From Bacillota bacterium (GTDB taxonomy: Bacteria > Bacillota > Dethiobacteria > DTU022): a DNA stretch of 61,890 nucleotides. This document shows positions 50,694 to 59,140 of this stretch, piece after piece. The DNA is taken from assembly GCA_012800855.1 (NCBI GenBank), contig JAAZIN010000137.1, positions 1-61,890 of the forward strand. Reading direction: 5' to 3'. Every line of letters begins with the position of its first letter. The stretch's first letter is position 1. Below the pieces are notes generated by a model. It did no database searches. It was not told where the DNA came from and saw nothing but the letters and a program-made list of their open reading frames with translations. The position numbers and the translations under genes are program-made.

Positions 50694-51968
50694 TTGGAGA
50701 GAGCGGGAGAGAGGGCCGAATTTGCCGCCAGCATGGATGAGCTGGCGCTCCTGGCGAAGACCGCCGGCGCCGAGGTGGTGGGAACGGTGGCGCAGCGCCG
50801 CGAAGCCCCTGATCCCGCTTATTATATCGGCCTGGGCAAGGCGCAGGAGCTGGGGGAAGCGGCGGCGGAAGCAGGTGCAGACCTGGTCATATTTGACAAC
50901 GAGCTTTCGCCTTCGCAGGTGCGCAACCTGGATCGCATCCTTGGGGTTAAGACGGTGGATCGCACTGCCCTGATCCTGGATATCTTTGCCCGGCGGGCCC
51001 GCTCTCGCGAAGGCAAGCTGCAGGTGGAGCTGGCCCAGCTGCAATACCTGCTGCCGCGCCTGGCGGGGCTGGGCGAGCAGCTGTCGCGGCTCGGCGGGGG
51101 CATCGGCACGCGTGGTCCCGGCGAGACACAGCTGGAAGTGGACCGCCGCGCCATCCGGCGGCGCATCGGCGACCTGCAGCGCGAAATCAGCAGCCTGCGC
51201 CGCCACCGGGCCCTTCACCGGCAGAAGCGCCGGCGCAACCGCGTGCCCGTGGCCGGCCTGGTAGGCTATACCAATGCCGGCAAATCCACCCTGGCCAATG
51301 CTCTCACCGGCGCTGATCTATACACGGAAGACAAGCTTTTTGCCACCCTTGACCCGACGGTGAGGCGGGGACGGCTGGAAGACGGCCGGGTAATCTTGTT
51401 TGCCGATACAGTGGGCTTTATCAGGCACCTGCCCAGACAGCTGCTGGCCGCCTTCCAGGCTACCCTGGAGGAGATCACCGCGGCCGATATCCTGCTGCAC
51501 GTGGTCGATATCAGCCACCCGCAGTACCCCAGACAGATCGAGATCGTGCGGCGCCACCTTTCCCGCCTCGATCCCGGCTTCGAGCGGCGGGAGCTCCTTG
51601 TTTTCAACAAGATCGACCTGCGAGAGCGCTTGGAGGAACGGCCCTTCCTGGAGCGCGAGTATCCGCGGGCCTGCTTTGTTTCGGCGAAGGAAGGCCGCGG
51701 CCTGGCGGAGCTGAAAGAAGCGCTGGCCCGGATCCTCGATGAACAAGGGGAGAGGGTGCACCTATGCCTCCCCTACGGGCAGGAAGCCATCCTGGAGCAG
51801 ATCCGGCGCCGAGGGAACATCCTCCGGCTTCACTACCGCCCCCAGGGCACGGAGGTGGAGGCGCTGGTGGATCCGGCTCTTTCCAGGAAGCTACTTCCTT
51901 ACAGCCGGATTCCGGAGCGGGAGGGCACGGCGGAACAAACTGCGGAGGCGGAAGCAGGAGATGCCTGA
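50694..51968 (+). CDS. hflX: GTPase HflX (true start probably upstream at CTG 50664; see findings)
   Basis: ..ELALLAKTAGAEVVG..GYTNAGKSTLANALTGA..DTVGFI.. HflX N-domain homology (EKAILVG) extends upstream of the TTG used by the ORF track. Confidence 0.9.
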   Translation: MERAGERAEFAASMDELALLAKTAGAEVVGTVAQRREAPDPAYYIGLGKAQELGEAAAEAGADLVIFDNELSPSQVRNLDRILGVKTVDRTALILDIFARRARSREGKLQVELAQLQYLLPRLAGLGEQLSRLGGGIGTRGPGETQLEVDRRAIRRRIGDLQREISSLRRHRALHRQKRRRNRVPVAGLVGYTNAGKSTLANALTGADLYTEDKLFATLDPTVRRGRLEDGRVILFADTVGFIRHLPRQLLAAFQATLEEITAADILLHVVDISHPQYPRQIEIVRRHLSRLDPGFERRELLVFNKIDLRERLEERPFLEREYPRACFVSAKEGRGLAELKEALARILDEQGERVHLCLPYGQEAILEQIRRRGNILRLHYRPQGTEVEALVDPALSRKLLPYSRIPEREGTAEQTAEAEAGDA

Positions 51969-53220
51969 ATACGGCTGGATCCATGAGCTGGAGCTGCCCG
52001 GTAAGCTTAAAGGCCTGGTGCGCCAATCGCTTCAGAAGGTTAAAGAGGCCTGGGACGAAATAGACAGCGTGGCTTTTCACAACCAGCGCCGCGTCCTGGA
52101 GGCGCTCCAGGAGCAGATGATCGGGGAGCAGGATTTCCTGGACAGCAGCGGCTACGGCTACGGGGACAGCGGCCGCGAGAAGCTGGAGCGAGCCTGCGCC
52201 CGCATCTTTGGGGGGGAGGCAGCCCTGCTTCGCCCGCAGATTGTCTCGGGCACGCATGCGCTGGCGCTAACCCTCTCCGGGCTGCTCCGACCGGGCGAGC
52301 TGCTGCTCTGCCTCACGGGGCCGCCCTATGACACCATGCAGGCGGTAATCGGCAGCCGCGGCCAGGAGACGGGGACGCTGGCCGAATGGGGGATCCGCCA
52401 CCATTACGCCGCTTTGCGCGCCGACGGTTTTCCCGAACTGGCGTCCCTGGAACCGGGCCTGCAGCCCCGCGTGGTCTATATTCAGCGTTCGGCCGGGTAC
52501 GAACACAGGCGTTCCTCATTAAACTGCGCCCAGATAGGCGAGCTGGCCAAGGAGGTGCGCCGGCGCTATCCCGAAGCCTGGATCGTGGTGGACAACTGCT
52601 ACGGTGAATTTACCGGGAGAGAGGAGCCGCTCCATGCCGGCGCCGACCTCGTCGCCGGCTCCCTGATCAAGAACCCGGGCGGGGGCCTGGCCCGGAGCGG
52701 CGGCTATGTAGCCGGCCGGCGCGACCTGATACGCCGGGTCGCCGCCCGCTTGAGCGCTCCCGGCCTCTACGAGAAGCTGGGTTCTTTTACGGAAAAGCGC
52801 AGCTTCTTTCAGGGCCTGTTCATGGCCCCGGCCCTCGTGGGAAATGCCCTGAAGAACGCTGTTTTCGCCGCCGCCCTCTTCGAAGCAATGGGCTACGAAG
52901 TAAAGCCGCGCTGGGATGAGCCGCGCGGCGACATTGTCCAGGTGATCGTCCTAGGGAGCGCTGAAAAGCTTCTCCGCTTCTGCCAGGCGATCCAGGGAGC
53001 CTCCCCGGTGGAATCATACCTCCAGCTGGAGCCGGGGCTGCTGCCGGGCTACGACGTTCCCGTGGTCATGGCCGCGGGCACCTTCCACCAGGGGGCGACC
53101 AGCGAGCTAACCGCCGACGGGCCGCTGCGCGAGCCTTACGCCGTCTTCCTGCAGGGGGGATTGACCCTGCCCCACGCCCTTTGGGCCACCTGCGCCGCCG
53201 CCAAGGCCATCTTTGATTAG
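51961..53220 (+). CDS. YnbB-like PLP enzyme (methionine gamma-lyase / aluminium-resistance family)
   Basis: MPEYGWIHELELPGKL..DSSGYGYGDSGREKLE..SLIKNPGGGLA... Follows hflX as in Bacillus. ATG 51961 overlaps the hflX end. Confidence 0.8.
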   Translation: MPEYGWIHELELPGKLKGLVRQSLQKVKEAWDEIDSVAFHNQRRVLEALQEQMIGEQDFLDSSGYGYGDSGREKLERACARIFGGEAALLRPQIVSGTHALALTLSGLLRPGELLLCLTGPPYDTMQAVIGSRGQETGTLAEWGIRHHYAALRADGFPELASLEPGLQPRVVYIQRSAGYEHRRSSLNCAQIGELAKEVRRRYPEAWIVVDNCYGEFTGREEPLHAGADLVAGSLIKNPGGGLARSGGYVAGRRDLIRRVAARLSAPGLYEKLGSFTEKRSFFQGLFMAPALVGNALKNAVFAAALFEAMGYEVKPRWDEPRGDIVQVIVLGSAEKLLRFCQAIQGASPVESYLQLEPGLLPGYDVPVVMAAGTFHQGATSELTADGPLREPYAVFLQGGLTLPHALWATCAAAKAIFD

Positions 53221-53307
53221 AGGCCAGAGGGTCGAATGCAGGAGGCAAGAAAATTCTCTTGCCGGGGGCAGCTGTCTTACATACCATGGGCACAATCCTC
53301 TGTAAAA

Positions 53308-53370
53308 GGGAGGGCGGTGGGGGGGGAAAACAATTCCGAATAGAAAGAGGGACAGGGAGAGGGGCAGGGG
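53308..53370 (+). other. two G-quadruplex-type G-tract clusters (C-rich, G-poor on the minus strand)
   Basis: GGGAGGGCGGTGGGGGGGG (53308-53326) and GGGACAGGGAGAGGGGCAGGGG (53349-53370), in the convergent gap between ynbB and lexA. Confidence 0.6.
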
Positions 53371-53383
53371 TTTAGAAACTGTT

Positions 53384-53986
53384 TTACAGTCGCCGGAAGA
53401 GGCCGGTGACCTTGCCCAGCACTTCAACTTCCCGCGTCAGGATGGGTTCAAACTCATCGTTTTCCGGCTGGAGCCGGAAATGATCCTTCTCCCGGTAGAA
53501 GCGCTTCACCGTGGCCTCATCGCCAAGCAGCAGGGCGGCAATCTCGCCGTTTTCCACGGTCTGCTGCCGCCGCACGATGACAAAATCGCCGTGGTGAATG
53601 CCCGCGCCGGCCATGCTTTCGCCTTCCACGCGCAGGACAAAGTATTCCCCTCCGGAGACAAAGTCGGCGGGGAGGGGGAAGTATCCTTCCAGGTTCTCTT
53701 CGGCCAGCAGGGGCTTGCCGGCCCTGATCCTGCCCAAGAGGGGGACATAGCGGCACGGCAGCCGGCCACCTGCGGGGTCGAGGAGCCGGATCGCCCGCGG
53801 CCTCTCTGCAGCCCGCTCCAGGTAGCCCCTCTCTTCAAGGGCCGCCAGGTGGCGATGCGCCGTGGAGGTGGAGCGGAAGCCCAGGGCGGCGCAGATCTCG
53901 CGCACGGAGGGGGGATAGCCCCGTTCGGCCACCGCGCGGGAGATGTAATCAAGCACCCGCTGCTGCTGCGGGGTCAAGGGTTCCAT
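53384..53986 (-). CDS. lexA: SOS repressor LexA
   Basis: MEPLTPQQQRVLDYISRAVAERGYPPSVREICAALGFRSTS..VEGESMAGAGI..VKRF. ATG 53986 follows GAGGAGGTGG. ORF 54055 is over-extended. Confidence 0.93.
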   Translation of the reverse strand: MEPLTPQQQRVLDYISRAVAERGYPPSVREICAALGFRSTSTAHRHLAALEERGYLERAAERPRAIRLLDPAGGRLPCRYVPLLGRIRAGKPLLAEENLEGYFPLPADFVSGGEYFVLRVEGESMAGAGIHHGDFVIVRRQQTVENGEIAALLLGDEATVKRFYREKDHFRLQPENDEFEPILTREVEVLGKVTGLFRRL

Positions 53987-54013
53987 GGCGCCACCTCCTC
54001 TGCCGTTTATCCG

Positions 54014-54044
54014 ATTATACCATAATCCGGTGAACAAGTGTTTT
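54014..54044 (-). promoter_or_regulatory. lexA promoter (TGgTATAAT) with Cheo/SOS box
   Basis: Minus-strand extended -10 at 54022-54014. The box tGAACaagtGTTt at 54031-54044 matches the Firmicute GAAC-N4-GTTC consensus with one deviation. Confidence 0.7.
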
Positions 54045-54261
54045 ATTGACTGCATGTTTCATCTGGCAGCGCGTACCCTAAAAAAAACCGCCGCGAGAGG
54101 TGGAGGGGATGAAGAGAGAAGGAGACGCGCAGGAAATCCCGATGGAACCGCTGCCGCCGGAGCACTTTCAGCCCATCGCCGAAGGGGAAGCTGCGGATCA
54201 AGATGATAAGGAGGGAGAGGAAGAAAGCCAGAGCGAGGGCATCGTTCCCCCGCTGCGCCAT
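54043..54261 (-). CDS. candidate small membrane protein upstream of lexA (overlaps an antisense acidic ORF, unresolved)
   Basis: Perfect SD AGGAGG (54273-54268) lies 6 nt before ATG 54261. N-terminal TM is ALALAFFLSLLIILI. Hand-counted GC3 is about 72% versus about 59% for the opposite-strand ORF 54100..54294. Confidence 0.35.
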   Translation of the reverse strand: MAQRGNDALALAFFLSLLIILIRSFPFGDGLKVLRRQRFHRDFLRVSFSLHPLHLSRRFFLGYALPDETCSQ

Positions 54262-54512
54262 CCTTTTCCTCCTTTCTGGGAAGAATGGAAATGAGAAGCA
54301 TATATCTCTCGCCGCCAGTTTTGGGGACGGCTCAGAACAATGCCCGGGCTGTGCCGCGATGCCTGAACAAAAACGATAACTTTAAAATGGAATCAACAAC
54401 TGATGGCTTTTCTTTAGGACAAGCTTAAGGAGATAAAAATTTTGCCAGGTAAGAGGAGGGGACAACTCCAGGATAAAGGCAGAAATCGCCGGATGATGTC
54501 TCGCCTGGACCT

Positions 54513-54540
54513 TTGACCTAAAAAAATAACTTCCTATAAT
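54513..54540 (+). promoter_or_regulatory. near-consensus sigmaA promoter firing antisense into the holin-like gene
   Basis: TTGACC (54513-54518), 16 bp, then TATAAT (54535-54540). Confidence 0.55.
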
Positions 54541-54579
54541 GTATCTTATGTTAACTAAGGAGGGGTTAAAAAATAAAAT

Positions 54580-54831
54580 TTATTTTTTTCTGCTTACGAG
54601 CGTGTTTTTCGCGCCGGAAAAGAGACCTATCGCCGAGAGGCCGAGCACGGTTCCAAAAAAGATTGCTTTTTTCGGTTCGCCAGGCGCAAGGTAGAAAAAA
54701 GCAAAAAATTGTCCCAGGGCTAGCGCCGCCAGCGGAATTAGCCGCGTGGGCAGGCCGAAGCGCTTCAGAAGCTCGGCAAGGCCAATAATAACCGGAACAA
54801 GGGCGATACCGTACACGGTAAGCTGATCCAT
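54580..54831 (-). CDS. small 3-TM membrane protein, holin-like
   Basis: 83 aa. SD GGGGGAGAGGG. ..VYGIALVPVIIGLAELLKRFGLPTRLIPLAALALGQFF.. resembles small phage-type holins, but the family is not firmly recognised. Confidence 0.6.
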   Translation of the reverse strand: MDQLTVYGIALVPVIIGLAELLKRFGLPTRLIPLAALALGQFFAFFYLAPGEPKKAIFFGTVLGLSAIGLFSGAKNTLVSRKK

Positions 54832-55031
54832 CCCTCTCCCCCACTTTCAAAAAATTGCCATCAATTATAAGGGTATGCTCCGGCGGCCCTTCGTAGAACG
54901 CCAAGGAAGAAACCCGGGCTTCAGCGGCGTGACGGGCAGCTTTATTTGTCCTCAGGCTGGTGATATAATTTTATGTGTAAGCCTGCCTGGCGCAGCGATA
55001 AAGTTTTTTAACTAAAACAGGAGTTGAAGCC

Positions 55032-55907
55032 ATGATCAGTATGCGTCGCCTCTTGGGAGTCATTCTCGGGCTGGTCCTTGTCGCCGCGGCGGCCGTCTAT
55101 ATCGCCCAGGATTATCTCATCGACGCAGCCTCCAACGGCAGCTCCGCCGAGCCGCCAGAACAGAAAGATATGCTGCCGGAAGAGCCTGCTGCCGCGGAGC
55201 CGAAAAAGCCGGCGATTCTCGAGCGCACCGTCGGCCTCTACACTGGCAAGGGCAGCTGGGACGTGGACCTGGAGGCGCTGCGGAATTTTCTCGATGAATA
55301 CGGCATCAACTACATTGAAATCGGCCAGGGTGAAATAAGCAGCGCAAACCTGAACGAACTCTGCGATATCCTCGTACTGGTGGGCGGCTTTAGCGCGCAA
55401 TATCTTCACCATATTGAGAACCATGCCAATATCCGCAGCTTCGTGGAACAAGGCGGCTGCTTCGTCGGTTTCTGCGCCGGTGCTTACTATGCCTGCTCCA
55501 CCATGCGCTGGGAAGGCCGTACCTACGATTACCCCCTGCAGCTCTTCGGCGGCGAAGGGGCGGGCCCCGACCTCCCCTGGGGCTACCTGGCAAAGATTGA
55601 TTTAAACCGCGAAATCTCCTTCCAGGAGGATTTTCCCGAGGCCGTGGAGATGTGGTACTTTGGCGGCCCCTACTTCACCGGGTACGATGAAAGCGCCGTA
55701 GATGTGCTGGCGCGCTATAACGCCAACGGCAAAGCGGCGGTCATTGCTTTCAATTACGGGCGCGGCAGCGTAATGCTGCTGGGGCCTCATCCCGAGCTTG
55801 GCTATGTCCCTGCACAGGAATTGGTGCAGACAGGTGGCGGCGACGGCGCGCTCTGGCCCTGGCTCTACGCCGCCCTGGAATGGCTGGTGAGCGAAAAAGC
55901 TGCGTAA
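55032..55907 (+). CDS. BPL_N / class-I glutamine-amidotransferase-like domain protein with N-terminal TM anchor
   Basis: ..DILVLVGGFSAQY..GGCFVGFCAGAYYA... ATG lies 8 nt after AGGAG. Extended -10 TGATATAAT at 54961-54969. Confidence 0.6.
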   Translation: MISMRRLLGVILGLVLVAAAAVYIAQDYLIDAASNGSSAEPPEQKDMLPEEPAAAEPKKPAILERTVGLYTGKGSWDVDLEALRNFLDEYGINYIEIGQGEISSANLNELCDILVLVGGFSAQYLHHIENHANIRSFVEQGGCFVGFCAGAYYACSTMRWEGRTYDYPLQLFGGEGAGPDLPWGYLAKIDLNREISFQEDFPEAVEMWYFGGPYFTGYDESAVDVLARYNANGKAAVIAFNYGRGSVMLLGPHPELGYVPAQELVQTGGGDGALWPWLYAALEWLVSEKAA

Positions 55908-55925
55908 GGAGGATTGGCTAAACCG

Positions 55926-57098
55926 ATGCACATTGGATTCTTCTCCGACAGCTATCGCCCTTATACCAGCGGCGTAGTTCGCTCCATTGAGCTCTTTACC
56001 CGCGAGTTCAACGCCCGGGGGCATGAAGTCTATATCTTCGGGCCCGATTACCCGCTTGTCCACTGCCCCCGTGAAGAAAAGGTGTTTCGCTTTGCCTCCA
56101 TCCCCGCCCCCACCATGCCCCATTTTTCCATACCCATTCCCTTTTCGCTCCAGCTGGGGACGACCATTCGCCGTATCAATTTGCAGGTCATCCACGTGCA
56201 CTCGCCTTTTCTCCTGGGAAGGCTGGGGGCTCATGCGGCTCGCCAATATGGCCTGCCGCTGGTTTTCACCTTCCACACGCTCTACGATCAATATGTGCAC
56301 TACCTGCCGGTAGCCCAGCAGGTGACAAAATCGCTGGTTATTACTATCGCCAGGGATTTCTGCAACCGCTGCGACCTGGTCATTGCTCCTTCGCGCATCA
56401 TTGAAAGCTACCTGCAGGAAATTGGCGTAAAAACAGAAGTGGAAGTGATTCCCACGGGCATTGACCTGGAGGAATTTGCCAATAACGATTCTCACTGGCT
56501 GCAAAAAAATTACCAGGTCTCCCCCGCGGAGAAGGTTCTCCTCTTCGTGGGCCGGCTAGGCAAGGAGAAAAACGTGAAGTTCCTGCTGGAAGCATTTGGC
56601 CGTGTGCAGCAGGAGATCCCCCATGCGCGCCTCGTTATTGTGGGCGATGGCCCGGACAAAGAAGAGCTGCGCAAGTACTGCTTCAAACTGGGCATTGCCG
56701 GCAAGGTCATCTTCACCGGCCTGCTTTCACGCGACCAGATCGTGCATTGCTATGCCAGCGCCCATCTCTTTGTTTTTCCCTCGGTAACGGAGACGCAGGG
56801 CCTGGTTATCGGCGAGGCAAAGGCCGCCGGGCTGCCGGTGGTGGCTATCCGCGCTTTCGGCGCCGCCGAAATGGTGCGGCACGGCGAAGACGGCCTCCTT
56901 TCGGAGCACTCGCAGGAGCACTTTGCGGCCAATATTATCCGGCTTCTGCAGGACCGCTCCCTCTATGAGGCGATGAGACGCAGCGCCCTACGCAATGCCG
57001 CCGCACTTTCCTCCGCCGCCTCTGCCGAAAAGATGCTGTCCTGCTATGAGCGCCTTATTGAAGCAAAGCGAGCCGCCCTCCCCAGCCTACAGCATTAA
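55926..57098 (+). CDS. GT4-family glycosyltransferase (glycolipid-synthase-like)
   Basis: MHIGFFSDSYRPYTSGVVRSI..LFVGRLGKEKN..FPSVTETQGLVIGEA... The ORF track gives TTG 55914, which directly abuts the SD. Confidence 0.8.
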   Translation: MHIGFFSDSYRPYTSGVVRSIELFTREFNARGHEVYIFGPDYPLVHCPREEKVFRFASIPAPTMPHFSIPIPFSLQLGTTIRRINLQVIHVHSPFLLGRLGAHAARQYGLPLVFTFHTLYDQYVHYLPVAQQVTKSLVITIARDFCNRCDLVIAPSRIIESYLQEIGVKTEVEVIPTGIDLEEFANNDSHWLQKNYQVSPAEKVLLFVGRLGKEKNVKFLLEAFGRVQQEIPHARLVIVGDGPDKEELRKYCFKLGIAGKVIFTGLLSRDQIVHCYASAHLFVFPSVTETQGLVIGEAKAAGLPVVAIRAFGAAEMVRHGEDGLLSEHSQEHFAANIIRLLQDRSLYEAMRRSALRNAAALSSAASAEKMLSCYERLIEAKRAALPSLQH

Positions 57099-57138
57099 AA
57101 ACAGGCTTAGGCAGGCGGGATCGCTTACATTAAATTAA

Positions 57139-57180
57139 AATCCTTCCGGAGCTGGATGTTCCGGAAGGATTCGTTATTTT
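57139..57180. terminator. bidirectional intrinsic terminator (GT4 gene / tRNA-Gln)
   Basis: 12-bp stem AATCCTTCCGGA/TCCGGAAGGATT (57139-57150 / 57160-57171) with T-runs on both strands. Confidence 0.8.
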
Positions 57181-57182
57181 GC

Positions 57183-57256
57183 TGGCTGCGGGACTAGGAT
57201 TCGAACCTAGGCTTTGTGATCCAGAGTCACACGTGCTGCCGCTACACCATCCCGCA
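57183..57256 (-). tRNA. trnQ: tRNA-Gln (anticodon CUG), CCA end encoded
   Basis: The reverse complement reads TGCGGGATGGTGTAGCGGCAGCACGTGTGACTCTGGATCACAAAGCCTAGGTTCGAATCCTAGTCCCGCAGCCA. Has the U1-A72 pair and anticodon loop CU-CUG-GA. Confidence 0.93.
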
Positions 57257-57267
57257 ACGCAACTATT

Positions 57268-57296
57268 ATTATAGCAGTAACCCTGATTTTGTTCAA
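57268..57296 (-). promoter_or_regulatory. consensus sigmaA promoter of tRNA-Gln
   Basis: On the minus strand, TTGAAC (57296-57291), 17 bp, then TATAAT (57273-57268). Confidence 0.8.
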
Positions 57297-57379
57297 CAGC
57301 AATATTTCCGGGCCGGCCCAGGCTCATTCATCTCAGCGGCAAATCCTCTACGCGGCCTAGGGAAGGCGGTTGAAAGGCT

Positions 57380-58174
57380 CTAGGCCAGCAGAAGACGATC
57401 GTTTTGGAGCTTCTCGCCGCTGGCGGCATGGAAAAGCTCAATCAGCTTGGCGACAGTGAGCCCCTCTCTCTCGCCGTCGTTGACATCAAGGATGATCTTC
57501 CCTTCATGGAGCATGATCAGCCGCGTCCCCATGCGCAGGGCCTGCTCCATGTTATGGGTGATCATCAGAGTGGTGATGTTCTCCTTTTCGAAGAGCGTCC
57601 TGGTCAGTTCCAGCACACGCAGGGCGGTCTTCGGGTCGAGAGAGGCGGTATGCTCGTCAAGCAGGGCCAGCTTCGGCCGGACCAGCGTGGCCATCAGCAG
57701 GGCCAGGGCCTGGCGCTGCCCTCCCGAAAGCAACTTCACCGGGGTCGTCAACCTGTATTCAAGGCCCAGCTCCAGGCGCGCCAGCTTATCGCGGAAAAGC
57801 TTGCGCTCTTTCTCCGTAATGGCCCGGACCAGGCGTCTTTTCATGCCGCGCCGCAGGGCCAGGGCCAGGTTTTCCTCCACGGTCATGGAGGCGGCCGTGC
57901 CGGTCATGGGATCCTGGAAGATGCGGCAGATGGAAGCGGCGCGCTGGTAATCGGGCAGGCGGGTGATCTCCCGTCCATCCAGGTGGATGGTCCCCTGGTC
58001 GGGGATATAGACACCGGCAATGCAGTTCAGCAGCGTGCTTTTTCCCGCCCCGTTGCCGCCGATAACGGTGACAAATTCGCCCGCCGCCAGCCGTAAGTTT
58101 ATATTTTGCAGGGCGATCTTCTCATTGACTTCCCCGTAGTTGAATATCTTGTAAAGATTGGAGATGTGCAGCAT
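57380..58174 (-). CDS. ABC transporter ATP-binding protein (COG1101 type)
   Basis: MLHISNLYKIF..VIGGNGAGKSTLLN..LSGGQRQALALLMA..LLDEHTASLD. ATG 58174; the ORF track start 58231 is over-extended. Confidence 0.9.
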   Translation of the reverse strand: MLHISNLYKIFNYGEVNEKIALQNINLRLAAGEFVTVIGGNGAGKSTLLNCIAGVYIPDQGTIHLDGREITRLPDYQRAASICRIFQDPMTGTAASMTVEENLALALRRGMKRRLVRAITEKERKLFRDKLARLELGLEYRLTTPVKLLSGGQRQALALLMATLVRPKLALLDEHTASLDPKTALRVLELTRTLFEKENITTLMITHNMEQALRMGTRLIMLHEGKIILDVNDGEREGLTVAKLIELFHAASGEKLQNDRLLLA

Positions 58175-58175
58175 G

Positions 58176-59111
58176 TTAACCGCCAACTTTCTCTGATAAT
58201 CCATCTTTTTGTCCTTCTTCGGCCACCGCAAGTTTGTGGGCCTGCTTGAACCGCTTGCTTATCTTAGGCGAAATCAAGGCGATGGTCACCAGCAAAGCGG
58301 TGAAAAGTTTTAAATCGGTATACTCAATAAAACGAATCCTCAGCACCAGGGCTATGGCCAGGCGGTAAAGGATGGAACCCACCACTACCGCGCAGAGCCG
58401 CCCGGGGATCGATTTTACCCCCAGCACGACCTCTCCGATAATCACCGAGGCCAGGCCGATGACGATCATGCCTATGCCCATGTTAATGTCGGCAAATCCC
58501 TGGTATTGGGCGATGAGGGCCCCGGAGAGGGCGACCAGGGAGTTGCTAATGGCCAGGCCCAGGATTTTCATCCGGTTGGTGTTTACTCCAAGGCTGCGCA
58601 GCATTACCTCGTTGTCCCCCGTGCCGCGCAGCGCCTGGCCCAGTTCGGTGCTGAGAAAGAGATACAATCCCACGATGACCAAAATGATGACGGCCAGGGC
58701 GATCACCGTTTGGCTGGCGCGCAGGGAAATCCCCAGGCCGGTCAAAGCGTCGAAAATAGTGCCATGCTTGAGCAGGGGCACGTTGGGGCGCCCCATAATA
58801 CGCAGGTTGATTGAATAGAGCCCGATCATGGTGAGAATTCCCGAAAGCAGCGGGGTGATGGAAAAGCGGGCATGGAGAATGCCCGTCATCAGCCCGGCAA
58901 GCGCTCCCAGGGGGAGCGCCGCCAGGGTCGCCAGGAAAGGATTGGTTCCCGTGTAGATGAGGATGGCCGTGATCGCTGCTCCCAGAGGCAGGCTGCCGTC
59001 AACGGTAAGATCGGCATAGTTGAGGATGCGAAAGGTGATAAACACTCCCAGCACCAGCAATCCATAAAGCAGGCCCAGATTGAAAGTGCTCCATAAAAGA
59101 GTGAGATTCAT
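58176..59111 (-). CDS. ABC transporter permease (COG4120 type)
   Basis: MNLTLLWSTFNLGLLYGLLVLGVFITFRILNYADLTVDGS... ATG 59111 follows GGAGGAGCGGAAGGAAG. Confidence 0.85.
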   Translation of the reverse strand: MNLTLLWSTFNLGLLYGLLVLGVFITFRILNYADLTVDGSLPLGAAITAILIYTGTNPFLATLAALPLGALAGLMTGILHARFSITPLLSGILTMIGLYSINLRIMGRPNVPLLKHGTIFDALTGLGISLRASQTVIALAVIILVIVGLYLFLSTELGQALRGTGDNEVMLRSLGVNTNRMKILGLAISNSLVALSGALIAQYQGFADINMGIGMIVIGLASVIIGEVVLGVKSIPGRLCAVVVGSILYRLAIALVLRIRFIEYTDLKLFTALLVTIALISPKISKRFKQAHKLAVAEEGQKDGLSEKVGG

Positions 59112-59140
59112 CTTCCTTCCGCTCCTCCCTGTTTTTCCAG

